Shown: positions 1 to 15,615 of the stretch, piece by piece
Layout: each line of letters starts with the position of its first letter
Position numbering within the stretch: the first letter of the stretch is position 1
Source: Eledone cirrhosa
Lineage: Eukaryota
Length of the DNA stretch: 64,000 nucleotides
Reading direction: 5' to 3'
Assembly (NCBI GenBank): GCA_964016885.1
Contig: OZ024742.1
Location: 337,032,001-337,096,000 of the forward strand
The notes under the pieces: model-generated
What the model was told of the DNA's origin: nothing
Seen by the model: the letters and a program-made list of their open reading frames with translations, nothing else
Database searches by the model: none
Position numbers and translations under genes: made by a program

Positions 1-895
1 CTGAAAGTACTGTAGCTAGAGTCAGAACTGGTTGGAAAAAGTTCAGAGAGCTTATACCACTATTAGCTGCTAAAGGGTTCTCCCTAAAAATGAAAGGCAG
101 GTTGTATGATGCCTGCATACGAACAGCAATGTTGCATTGTAGTGAGACCTGGACATTGTGTGCAGAGGATATACGCAGACTAGAGAGGAACGAAGCTTGC
201 ATGCTCCGCTGGATGTGTAACAGTAATATACGTGAACGGCAAAGCATAAACGAACTAAGGAAAAAATTAGAGATAAGAGGGATCGGATGTTGTTTACTCG
301 AGAGAAGGCTGCGTTGGTATGGACACGTGATGAGCATGAAAGTCGATAGCTTTATAACAAAGTGCAGGGCAATAAAGATAGACGGTAGCCACGGAATAGG
401 CAGACCTAGAAAAACATGGGATGAGCTGATAAACTCCGACCTCACACACTTACACCTCTCCAAGACAATGTCACTGGACCGAGACCTTTGGCGGTACTCA
501 GTAACAGAGAAGACCCGCCTTGCCAGTAGGCATCTCTAACAAAATACACCCCGTCCCGCCACCACCCACACCCCATCCACACCACCCCGTTCTATGTAAA
601 GTTATGTTGGTGCCGCGCCATCCAGGCCGAAACAAATGAGATCGTGTAGGTGTCACGACAAAAAAACACACAGTCCACGCTGTAATGTGGCCGTGTAGGC
701 AACACGGTAAAAACCTCCCAGACCCACACTGTAAATGTGGTTGGTGTTAGAAAGGGCATCCAACCGTAGAAAACCTGCCAGACAGTCCTATGCGAGCAAG
801 AAAATCACTCTTGCCTCAAGTGGGACTACCCCCGTCCAAACCCATGCAAGCGTGGAACACGGACGTTAAACGTTGATGATGATGATGATGATGAT
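1..895 (+). mobile_element. RTE-clade LINE, 3' part (C-terminal RT region, 3' UTR, (GAT)n tail)
   Basis: ORF 90..539 has RTE C-terminal motifs (LHx[20 protein letters not shown]); ends in a (GAT)n tail at ~873-895. Confidence 0.9.
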
Positions 896-1049
896 ATACA
901 CACATATATACATATACACATACATATATATATATATATATATAGATATACACATATACATATACACATATATATATATATACACATATACATATACACA
1001 TATATATATATATACACATATACATATACACATATATATATATATATAT

Positions 1050-1088
<39 letters not shown>

Positions 1089-1155
1089 CACATATATATA
1101 CATATATATACATACATATATATACATATATACATATATATACATACATATATAC

Positions 1156-1190
<35 letters not shown>

Positions 1191-1662
1191 CATATATATA
1201 CATACATATATATACATATATATACAGATATATATATACATATACATATATACATATATACATACATACACATATATATATATACATATATATACATGTA
1301 AATATATGTGTATATATATATGTAAATATATGTGTATATATATATATATATATGTAAATATATGTGTATATATATATATATGTAAATATATGTATATATA
1401 TATATATATGTAAATATATGTGTATATATATATATATGTAAATATATGTGTATATATATATATATGTAAATATATATGTATATATATATATATGTAAATA
1501 TATATGTATATATATATATATATAAATGTGTATATATATATGTAAATATGTGTATATATATATATATATATGTAAATATATGTGTACATATATATATATA
1601 TAAATATGTGTGTTTATATATCTATGTGTATGTATATATATGTGTATTGATATATACATAAA

Positions 1663-1698
<36 letters not shown>

Positions 1699-1725
1699 CA
1701 CATATATATATACATATATATATAT
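896..1725. repeat. Interrupted (TA)n/(TACA)n microsatellite
   Basis: Directly visible low-complexity tract. Confidence 0.95.
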
Positions 1726-3024
1726 CATCATCATCATCATCATCATCATCAACGTTGAACGTCCGTGTTCCACGCTTGCATGGGTTTGGACGGGGGTAGT
1801 CCCACTTGAGGCAAGAGTGATTGTCTTGCTCGCATAGGACTGTCTGGCAGGTTTTCTACAGTTGGATGCCGTTCCTAACACCAACCACATTTACAGTGTG
1901 GGTCTGGGAGGTTTTTACCGTGTTGCCTACACGGCCACATTACAGCGTGGACTGTGTGTTTTTTTGTCGTGACACCTACACGATCTCATTTGTTTCGGCC
2001 TCGATGGCGCGGCACCAACATAACTTTACATAGAACGGGGTGGTGTGGATGGGGTAGGGGTGGGGGGGGTGGGACGGGGTGTATTTTGTTAGGGATGCCT
2101 ACTGGCTGGAGTAGGTTTTACTATATATTTAGTTAAGGCGGGTCTTCTCTGTTACTGAGTACCGCCAAAGGTCTCGGTCCAGTGACATTGTCTTGGAGAG
2201 GTGTAAGTGTGTGATGTCGGAGTTTATCAGCTCGTCCCAGGTTTTTCTAGGTCTGCCTATTCCGTGACTACCGTCTATCTTTATTGCCCTGCACTTTGTT
2301 ATACAGCTATCGACTTTCATGCGCATCACGTGTCCATACCAACGTAGCCTTCTCTCGAGTAAACAACATCTGATCCCTCTTATCTCTAATTTTTTCCTTA
2401 GTTCGTTTATGCTTTGCCGTTCACGTATATTACTGTTACACATCCAGCGGAGCATGCAAGCTTCGTTCCTCTCTAGTCTGCGTATATCCTCTGCACACAA
2501 TGCCCAGGTCTCACTGCCATGCAGCATTGCTGTTCGTATGCAGGCATCGTACAACCTGCCTTTCATTTTTAGTGAGAACCCTTTAGCAGCTAATAGTGGT
2601 ATAAGCTCTCTGAACTTTTTCCAACCAGATCTGACTCTAGCTACAGTACTTTCAGAGCACCCTCCCCCACTGCTGATTTTATCGCCCAGGTAACGGAAGC
2701 TGTCCACTATTTCTATAGAACCCTCTGCGCAATTGAAAGAGCTAGTAGCTTGTGGGCACTTGCTGCTACTTATTGCACCAGAGCACCGGCCACATGTAAA
2801 ATCTATGTTCTTAGTTAGCTTACCTGTGATCCCACTACATCTTTTATGCACCCATACTTTGCATTTAGGACATAAAATGGAGTTTCTACCTACGCCTTTC
2901 CTACACACCGAGCACGACCATTTCCCAGAAGGGACCGCCGCCTTGTTTTCTTTCCTACAAACTAGTACTTTGGTCTTAGCCAGGTTAATTTTAAGTCCTT
3001 TTGACTCTAGGCCGTGCTTCCATG
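1726..3024 (-). mobile_element. RTE-clade LINE, 5'-truncated; inverted near-identical copy of 1..895
   Basis: (CAT)n at 1726-1750; the non-repeat part of ORF 2129..4159 reads [10 protein letters not shown], a Cys-rich PHD-like insert, [19 protein letters not shown]. Confidence 0.9.
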
Positions 3025-3027
3025 TAC

Positions 3028-3098
<71 letters not shown>

Positions 3099-3147
3099 CA
3101 TATATATATATATACATATACATATATATATATACATATATATATAC

Positions 3148-3304
<157 letters not shown>

Positions 3305-3317
3305 CATATATATATAC

Positions 3318-3418
<101 letters not shown>

Positions 3419-3629
3419 CATATATACATATATACATATATACATATATACATATATACATATATATATATACATATATATACATATATATATATACATA
3501 TATATATATACATATATATATATACATATATATATATACATATATATATATACATATATATATATACATATATACATATATATACATATATATATATACA
3601 TATATACATATATATATATACATATATAC

Positions 3630-3692
<63 letters not shown>

Positions 3693-3807
3693 TATATACA
3701 TATACATATATATATATATATATACATATATATACATATATATATATACATATATATATATATACATATATATATATACATATATATATATATACATATA
3801 TATATAC

Positions 3808-3838
<31 letters not shown>

Positions 3839-3857
3839 CATATATATATACATATAT

Positions 3858-3888
<31 letters not shown>

Positions 3889-3901
3889 TACATACATATA
3901 T

Positions 3902-3932
<31 letters not shown>

Positions 3933-4217
3933 TACATACAGACATATATATATATACATACATATATATATATATATACATACATATATATATATATACA
4001 TACATATATATATATATACATACATATATATATACATACATATATATATATATACATACATATATATATACATATATATATATACATATATATATATACA
4101 TATATACATATATATATATACATACATATATATATACATACATATATATATACATACATATATATATATACATATATATATATACATACATATATATATA
4201 TACATACATATATATAT

Positions 4218-4785
4218 GGTGGCTGCCAACTCGTTTTCGAGTACGGCCACTACTTTATATCCATGTAGGAGAACCCCTACCGATGCGCTGAACGAGTGTG
4301 ACTTTTTAGTCCAGCCAGTGACTTGAAAACTCTGGTACAAACACTACACCTGTGACAATTATTGACACATAGTGCTGGGCCCATGGTACCATGTGACGAC
4401 AAGTGCAGAGAGATCTCCAGATATAAAGCAATGCCTGTGCCGTGAAGCTTTTATAGTGAGCAAAGGCACTGCACAAAGCCAGTCCCACTCTCTTAACCAA
4501 GATGATATTTACCAAAAAGAAGAACAAGTCAACATCATTGGATACCATCAGGGTTGCAGGTGTTATATCAGAGTTTTCCTTCTCCTAGAATTCTGCCTTG
4601 ACAAAGGCTAAGGGGTCATCTCTCCCGGTGATTTGGGATGGCCATTGACTCTTAAGAGCTCCTTTTCCCTTTGACAGGTTTTGTTTTTAGTCCTGCAGGA
4701 TGTCCAAAGTCACCCTCCTCACCAAGAAACCTTGGTGGGGTTGCCAGTTTAGTCGCCAACGACCCGACCATGAGACAGGTTGTAC
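4218..4785 (-). mobile_element. Short non-autonomous RTE derivative (5' UTR + 3' end), copy 1, slightly 5'-truncated
   Basis: Near-identical to 6388-6998 and 8868-9476; 5' part matches the leader of the RTE at ~36970. Confidence 0.75.
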
Positions 4786-5011
4786 ATACATATATACATA
4801 CATATATATATACATACATATATATATATATACATATATATATATACATATATATACATATATATATATACATACATATATATATACATACATATATATA
4901 TACATACATATATATATATACATACATATATATATACATATATATATACATACATATATATATATACATACATATATATATACATATATATATACATATA
5001 TATATACATAC

Positions 5012-5060
<49 letters not shown>

Positions 5061-5544
5061 CATATATATATATACATATATATATACATACATATATATA
5101 TATACATACACATATATATACATACATATATATATACATACATATATATATACATACATATATATATACATACATATATATATACATATATACATATATA
5201 TATACATATATATATACATATATATATACATATATACATATATATATACATATATATATACATATATACATATATATATACATATATACATATATATATA
5301 CATATATATATACATATATATATATACATATATATATATACATATATATATATACATATATACATATATATATATACATATATATATATACATATATATA
5401 TATACATATATATATATATACATACATATATATATACATATATATATATACATACATATATATATACATATATATATACATACATATATATATACATATA
5501 TATATACATATATATATACATATATACATATATATATACATACA

Positions 5545-5636
<92 letters not shown>

Positions 5637-5641
5637 CATAC

Positions 5642-5674
<33 letters not shown>

Positions 5675-6387
5675 CATACATATATATATATACATACATA
5701 TATATATACATACATATATATACATATATATATACATACATATATATATACATATATATATACATACATATATATATACATATATATATACATACATATA
5801 TATACATATATATATACATACATATATATATACATATATATATACATACATATATATATATATATATACATACATATATATATACATATATATATACATA
5901 CATATATATATACATACATATATATATATATACATATATATATACATACATATATATATACATATATATATACATACATATATATATACATACATATATA
6001 TATACATATATATATACATACATATATATATACATATATATATATACATATATACATATATACATATATATATATATACATATATATATATACATATATA
6101 TATATATACATATATATGTATATATATATACATACATATATATATACATATATATATGTATATATATATACATACATATATATATACATATATATATACA
6201 TATATATATACACATACATATATATATACATATATATATACATATATATATACATATATATATACATACATATATATATACATACATATATACATACATA
6301 TATACATATGTATATATATATACATACATATATATATACATATGTATATATATATACATACATATATATATACATATATATATACAT

Positions 6388-6998
6388 GGTGGTGGCTGCC
6401 AACTCGTTTTCGAGTACGGCCACTACTTTATATCCATGTAGGAGAACCCCTACAGATGCGCTGAACGAGTGTGACTTTTTAGTCCAGCCAGCGACTTGAA
6501 AACTCTGGTACAAACACTACACTTGTGACAATTACTGACATATAGTGCTGGGCCCATGGTACCATGTGACGACAAGTGCAGAGAGATCTCCAGATATAAA
6601 GCAATGCCTGTGCCGTGAAGCTTTTATAGTGAGCAAAGGCACTGCACAAAGCCAGTCCCACTCTCTTAACCAAGATGATATTTACCAAAAAGAAGAACAA
6701 GTCAACATCATTGGATACCATCAGTGTTGCAGGTGTTATATCAGAGTTTTCCTTCTCCTAGAATTCTGCCTTGACAAAGGCTAAGGGGTCATCTCTCCCG
6801 GTGATTTTGGATGGCCATTGACTCTTAAGAGCTCCTTTGCCCTTTGACAGGTTTTGTTTTTAGTCCTGCAGGATGTCCAAAGTCACCCTCCTCACCAAGA
6901 AACCTTGGTGGGGTTGCCAGTTTAGTCGCCAACGACCCGACCATGGGACAGGTTGTACTGGGATACATGTTACCAGTAGCACCAACTGGTGACCTGAC
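6388..6998 (-). mobile_element. Short non-autonomous RTE derivative, copy 2
   Basis: As copy 1; minus strand 6527..6450 translates [25 protein letters not shown], a C2H2 finger like RTE ORF C-termini. Confidence 0.75.
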
Positions 6999-7097
6999 AT
7001 ATATACATATATATACATACATATATATATACATACATATATACATATGTATATATATATATATATACATACATATATATATGTATATATATATATA

Positions 7098-7129
<32 letters not shown>

Positions 7130-7231
7130 CACACATACATATATATATGTATATATATATATATACATACATATATACATATATATATATATACACACAT
7201 ACATATACATATGTATATATATATATATATA

Positions 7232-7263
<32 letters not shown>

Positions 7264-7440
7264 CACATACATATATATATACACATACATATATATATGT
7301 ATATATATATATACATACATACATATATGTATATATATATATATATACATACATACATACATATATGTATATATATATATATATATACATACATATATAT
7401 ATATACATACATATATATATGTATATATATATATACATAC

Positions 7441-7471
<31 letters not shown>

Positions 7472-7510
7472 TACATATATATATGTATATATATATATAT
7501 ATATATATAC

Positions 7511-7541
<31 letters not shown>

Positions 7542-8416
7542 TACATATATATATGTATATATATATATATACATACATATATATATGTATATATATATAC
7601 ATATATATATACATACATATATATATGTATATATATATACATATATATATACATACATATATATATGTATATATATATACATATATATATACATACATAT
7701 ATATATGTATATATATATACATATATATATACATACATATATATATGTATATATATATACATATATATATACATACATATATATATGTATATATATATAC
7801 ATATATATATACATACATATATATATGTATATATATATACATATATATATACATACATATATATATGTATATATATATACATATATATATATACATACAT
7901 ATATATATGTATATATATATACATATATATATATACATACATATATATATGTATATATACATATATATATATACATACATATATATATGTATATATATAT
8001 ACAATATATATATATACATATATATATACATACATATATATATATATGTATATATATATACATATATATATACATACATATATATATGTATATATATATA
8101 CATACATATATATATGTATATATATATACATATATATATATATGTATATATATATACATATATATATACATACATATATATATACATACATATATATATG
8201 TATATATATATACATATACATACATATATATATGTATATATATATACATACATATATATATGCATATATATATACATATATATATATATGTATATATATA
8301 TACATATATATATACATACATATATATATGTATATATATATACATATATATATACATACATATATATATGTATATATATATACATACATATATAATATGT
8401 ATATATATATATATAC

Positions 8417-8447
<31 letters not shown>

Positions 8448-8867
8448 TATATATACATATATATATGTATATATATATACATATATATATACATACATAT
8501 ATATACATATATATATACATATATATACATATATATATGTATATATATATACATATATATATACATACATATATATATGTATATATATATACATATATAT
8601 ATACATACATATATATATGTATATATAATATACATACATACATATATATATGTATATATATATACATACATACATATATATATGTATATATATATATACA
8701 TATATATATACATACATATATATATGTATATATATATACATATATATATACATACATATATATATGTATATATATATACATATATATATACATACATATA
8801 TACATACATACATATATATATACATACATACATATATACATACATACATACATATATATATATATAT

Positions 8868-9476
8868 GGTGGCTGCCAACTCGTTTTCGAGTACGGCCAC
8901 TACTTTATATCCATGTAGGAGAACCCCTACCGATGCGCTGAACGAATGTGACTTTTTAGTCCAGTCAGCGACTTGAAAACTCTGGTACAAAGACTACACT
9001 TGTGACCATTATTGACACATAGTGCAGGGCCCATGGTACCATGTGATGACAAGTGCAGAGAGATCTCCAGATATAAAGCAATGCCTGTGCTGTGAAGCTT
9101 TTATAGTGAGCAAAGGCACTGCACAAAGCCAGTCCCACTCTCTTAACCAAGATGATATTTACCAAAAAGAAGAACAAGTCAACATCATTGGATACCATCA
9201 GGGTTGCAGGTGTTATATCAGAGTTTTCCTTCTCCTAGAATTCTGCCTTGACAAAGGCTAAGGGGTCATCTCTCCCAGTGATTTTGGATGGCTATTGACT
9301 CTTAAGAGCTCCTTTGCGCTTTGACAGGTTTTGTTTTTAGTCCTGCAGGATGTCCAAAGTCACCCTCCTCACCAGGAAACCTTGGTGGGGGTTGCCAGTT
9401 TAGTCGCCAACGACCCGACCATGAGACAGGTTGTACTGGGATACATGTTACCAGTAGCACCAACTGGTGACCTGAC
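8868..9476 (-). mobile_element. Short non-autonomous RTE derivative, copy 3
   Basis: Near-identical to copies 1 and 2. Confidence 0.75.
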
Positions 9477-10411
9477 ATATATATATACATACATGTATAT
9501 ATATATACATACATATATATATGTATATATATACATATATATATACATATATATATATACATATATATATACATACATATATATATGTATATATATATAC
9601 ATATATATATACATACATATATATATGTATATATATATACATATATATATACATACATATATATATGTATATATATATACATATATATATACATACATAT
9701 ATATATGTATATATATATACATATATATATACATATATATATACATATATATATGTATATATATATACATACATATATATATGTATATATATATACATAT
9801 ATATATACATATATATATGTATATATATATACATACATATATATATGTATATATATATACATATATATATACATACATATATATATATATATATACATAT
9901 ATATATACATACATATATATATATACATACATATATATATGTATATATATATATACATATATATATACATACATATATATATGTATATATATATATACAT
10001 ATATATATACATACATATATATATGTATATATATATATACATATATATATACATACATATATATATGTATATATATATATACATATATATATACATACAT
10101 ATATATATGTATATATATATATACATATATATATACATACATATATATATGTATATATATATATACATATATATATACATACATATATATATGTATATAT
10201 ATATACATATATATATACATACATATATATATGTATATATATATATACATATATATATACATACATATATATATGTATATATATATATATACATATATAT
10301 ATATACATACATATATATATGTATATATATATATACATATATATATATACATACATATATATATGTATATATATATATACATATATATATATACATACAT
10401 ATATATACATA

Positions 10412-10450
<39 letters not shown>

Positions 10451-10464
10451 GTACGTATATATAC

Positions 10465-10496
<32 letters not shown>

Positions 10497-11555
10497 ATGT
10501 ACATCTATATACATATATATATGTACATCTATATACATATATATATGTACATCTATATACATATATATATGTACATCTATATACATATATATATGTACAT
10601 CTATATACATATATATATGTACATCTATATACATATATATATGTACATATATATACATATATATATGTACATATATATATGTATATATATGTACATATAT
10701 ATATGTATATATATGTACATATATATATGTATATATATGTACATATATATATGTATATATATGTACATATATATATGTATATATATGTACATATATATAT
10801 GTACATATATATACATATATATATGTACATATATATATATGTATATATATGTACATATATATATATGTATATATATGTACATATATATATATGTATATAG
10901 ATGTACATATATATATGTACATATATGTACATATATATATGTACATATATATATACATATATATATACATATATATATGTAGATATATCTACATATATAT
11001 ATGTATATATATACATATATATATGTACATATATATACATATATATATGTAGATATATATACATATATATATGTACATATATATACATATATATATGTGT
11101 ATATATATACATATATATATGTGTATATATATACATATATATATGTGTATATATATACATATATATATGTACATATATATACATATATATATGTGTATAT
11201 ATATACATATATATATGTACATATATATACATATATATATGTGTATATATATACATATATATATGTACATATATATACATATATATATGTACATATATAT
11301 ACATATATATATGTGTATATATATACATATATATATGTGTATATATATACATATATATATGTACATATATATACATATATATGTACATATATATACATAT
11401 ATATATGTGTATATATATACATATATATATGTACATATATATATGTACATATATATACATATATATACATATATATATGTAGATATATATACATATATAT
11501 ATGTAGATATATATACATATATATATGTAGATATATATACATATATATATGTAGA

Positions 11556-11895
11556 TCATCATCATCATCATTTCATTTTACGTCCACTTTTCCCTGCTTG
11601 CAAGGGTGGGACGGGAACTGATTCTGGCTTGATTTCTACAGCTGGATGCCCTTCCTAACACCAACCTCATTTACAGTGAGTGCTGGGTGCTTTTTTTTGC
11701 CGTGGCACCTCCACGACCACTTTGCAGTGGAATGATAGTGACCCCAGTCCCTATCATCTCATTTCTACAGCTGAGTAAACTGGAGCAATGTGAAATAAAG
11801 TGCCTTGCTCAAGGAAACAACACATCACCCGGTCTGAGAATTGAACTCACAACCTTTCGATTGCAAGGCCAATGCTCTAACCACTAAGCCATGTG
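11556..11895 (-). mobile_element. tRNA-derived SINE with RTE-type 3' tail
   Basis: Minus strand begins TGGCTTAGTGGTTAGAGC (A box) and has a GAGTTCAATTC-like B box; core ...CTTGAGCAAGGCACTTTATTTCACATTGCTCCAG; tail shared with the RTE at 20470-20525, ending (GAT)n. Confidence 0.75.
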
Positions 11896-13656
11896 CATAT
11901 AGATATATATACATATGTAGATATATATACATGTAGATATATATACATGTAGATATATATACATATAGATATATATACATATATATATGTAGATATATAT
12001 ACATATATATATGTAGATATATATACATATATATATGTAGATATATATACATATATATATGTAGATATATATACATATATATATGTAGATATATCTACAT
12101 ATATATATGTAGATATATCTACATATATATATGTAGATATATCTACATATATATATGTAGATATATCTACATATATATATGTAGATATATCATATATATA
12201 TGTAGATATATATACATATATATATGTAGATATATATACATATATATATATGTAGATATATATACATATATATATATGTAGATATATATACATATATATA
12301 TGTAGATATATCTACATATATATATGTAGATATATATACATATATATATGTAGATATATATACATATATATATGTACATATATACACATATATATATGTA
12401 GATATATACACATATATATATGTACATATATACACATATATATATGTACATATATACACATATATATATGTACATATATACACATATATATATGTACATA
12501 TATACACATATATATATGTACATATATACACATATATATGTACATATATACACATATATATGTACATATATACACATATATATATATGTACATATATACA
12601 CATATATATGTACATATATACACATATATATGTACATATATACACATATATATATGTACATATATACACATATATATGTACATATATACACATATATATA
12701 CATATATACACATATGTACATATATATATGTACATACATATATACTTACATATAATGTACATATATATATAGGGAAAAGCGAACGTAAAATGATGATATA
12801 TATATATAGTATGTATGTATGCCAACATCAGCTAAGTGTGCATACATCAAACATCTATACTGATACGTGTGTGCATGTATGTATATATATGTGTGTAACC
12901 ATCAAACAGTCATACTGATATGGGTGTGCATGTGTGTGTTTATGTGTGATTTTCATCTAAACTTATGTATGTCTATCTACTCTACAGGTTGTGATACGTA
13001 ATGTTCATTTATACATACATGTAAATACATTACATACAGACACACTGATTGAAAAATGAAATACTAACATGCCAGGTAAGGAGATATGTACACATGATAT
13101 ATATATATATATATGCATACGTCTGACATCGAAGGTAACGAATTATATATATATAGTGATGCCAACATCTTTAAGTATACACGTGATATAAAAGGGTGTT
13201 CCACTCATTTTATATACACATAAGCCAAGCCATGCATCTTAACTTCCCCACCATCCAAAAAATTAAGACAATCAATACACATAACATGCATGAACAATCA
13301 ACTGATTTACATACTAAAACATCTATAACGCGCGTTAGATGATCATTTTTACTTCCATCAAAATACGAAGACAATACATATAAATGTATAAAACATTTGT
13401 TCATCTAATTTCAATTAAAAATATATTTATAAACACATTCCAATCCCTATATATATATATTTAACCTTACAGATTTTTTTCTTCTTGAGAACGTAGAAAA
13501 AAAATAAAATAAAAAATCTGGTTAAATGGCTGTTATGAGGCCTCTTATAATTTTTATACAGCTGAAATGGTACCCATCCATCCATAGTGGGTGGTGTAAG
13601 AAGGCGGGTATTTATCAGTCTTATTCTTAGTTTTAATTGCGTTGAGATATATACAT

Positions 13657-13702
<46 letters not shown>

Positions 13703-15067
13703 ATATATATATATAATTGAATGGAATCTGCCGTATTATCGTAAATTAAATACATAGCGAGTAGACAAGGCGACGTATTATAAACGATATCACCATAGAA
13801 AAGTGTATACATACATATACATATATATATATATATATATATAAAGGATAAAAAATAGACGTATGATATAAAGGATAAAAAATAGACGTATGATATAAAG
13901 GAGGAGGGGGTCTCAAAGCTTCCATCCATCAAATAATAACGACGACTACTTATAAGCCTAATCTAAGAAATCGGTATGTCCCACTCTACATTAGACCGGC
14001 GATACAACCACAACAGGAGCTGCACTTGAATTGTATGGATATATACATATATTGGTATATATTCCCTTCCAGATAAAAATGAATAATGAGATTATTTGAT
14101 AACAATCACAGAAAATATATTTCTCTTACAATGAATATCTTTCTCATGAAATTTGAACAATATATATTTTTAATTAAAAAATACAGGAAAAGCAAGTCAA
14201 TGTTGAATTATTAATATAGGAACATATATATATATATATTATAAAATCTGATTGTAAATTAAGACATTCACACAAAAACGGATTTGTTTGATCAAAAGAA
14301 TATTCGGTACCTGAACGTGAATTTTCTTTCTCTATATTTATGTGTTGATTAATTAAAGCAATGGGGGGGGGGGGGGGGGGTAGCAAAGCTGGACATCGGT
14401 AAGAATGGAAATATTTTTTTTTAATATATATTAAAAGCAAGCAAAAAAGAAAAAGAGGCGAGGCAAACCAGCAAAAAATAAATAAAAGAGATACGATGAC
14501 TTATACAGAGAAAAAGATATGAGAAACGACGGTCAAATAGTGAGGGATCAGTCTGCTGCATTCTTTAGTAAAAGAATTATAAGATAAATATATCTACCAA
14601 GAAACATCAACAAAGACTACGGCACCGGCCATTTTCCCACATTCAGATGCTGGTGTTAGTGAACAGTGAAACGGCAGGGGGGGAAAAATGATAATTTGAC
14701 AAGTTAGCTGAGCTTCCAGTTGCCAAAATGATAAACTACAAACCTCCAAGTGAGTGAGATAATGTGCTCCATTATCAACAGAGGTTTATCATTATCCTTG
14801 ATCCCTCACTTATTAACCACCATAAGTGTTTTGTCAGGAACAGACGAGGGGGCAAACCCATGTGTAGGCTTGTCAGTCAGTGTATACATATATGAATGTG
14901 TATCTTAACATATATGTGGTTATATATATGTGTGAATATATATATATATATATACATATGTATATATGTATACATATATACACACGATACATCACTTAAA
15001 AAATAATATAAAAGGCTATAGGCACATCTATATATATATATACATATATAATATGTTACATTATATA

Positions 15068-15098
<31 letters not shown>

Positions 15099-15139
15099 AG
15101 ATATATTATATATAGTACAATTGAGACGAGACAATTTAC

Positions 15140-15173
15140 CTGATACAGATGGGTTTCCTTTTTATCACCATAC
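15140..15173 (-). other. Candidate 34-nt micro-exon of an unidentified gene
   Basis: Minus strand: long polypyrimidine tract ending TTTTAG | GTATGGTGATAAAAAGGAAACCCATCTGTATCAG | GTAAAT. Confidence 0.35.
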
Positions 15174-15319
15174 CTAAAAGGAAAGAAAAGAAACAAGAAG
15201 AAAAAATATTATCATAAGAATATTTATATACAAGTCTTTTCAAGTAGGGAATTTTTTGTTGTTGTTTTAACAGCAGACTGTAGAAATGGACGCATTTTTT
15301 GGGGGAAAAAAACGTTTTG

Positions 15320-15615
15320 ACAACAAAAATGGCGGATTATAAGAGAAGAAACAATTGAATTAAGAGGAAATTATAAAGAATTTTGTACCCATCATTGAGT
15401 CTTGGAAGTTTCCTTGCATGCATTACCATTAAAACTGGCGTCTGGTAAGTGCAGCTGGCAGCACAGGTTGCTAAATTATGACGCTTTCTTCATTCACAGT
15501 CATCTACATAGATTTCACACAGAAAACAGCAGCCGCCATCTTACATCCGGGCCACAATGCATTTCGTGGTTCAGTCATGACGTCACGGATCATATGACAG
15601 ATCACTTCCGGATCC
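15320..15615. promoter_or_regulatory. Candidate housekeeping-type promoter motif cluster
   Basis: YY1-like AAAATGGCGG (15326) and GCCGCCATCTT (15532), CRE palindrome TGACGTCA (15578), ETS-like CACTTCCGG (15603) and ACATCCGG (15543) in non-repetitive sequence. Confidence 0.45.

Noticed and set aside
4218-9476. Repeat-spacer layout resembling a CRISPR-like array
   Set aside because: Repeats are ~600 bp retroelement derivatives and spacers are microsatellite; no cas genes; eukaryotic context
11820-11895. tRNA gene
   Set aside because: A/B boxes are a SINE head without a cloverleaf; same for 21984 and 39173
12989-13075. Plus-strand exon flanked by CTACAG and GTAAGG
   Set aside because: Low-complexity content with stops; splice-like signals alone are insufficient
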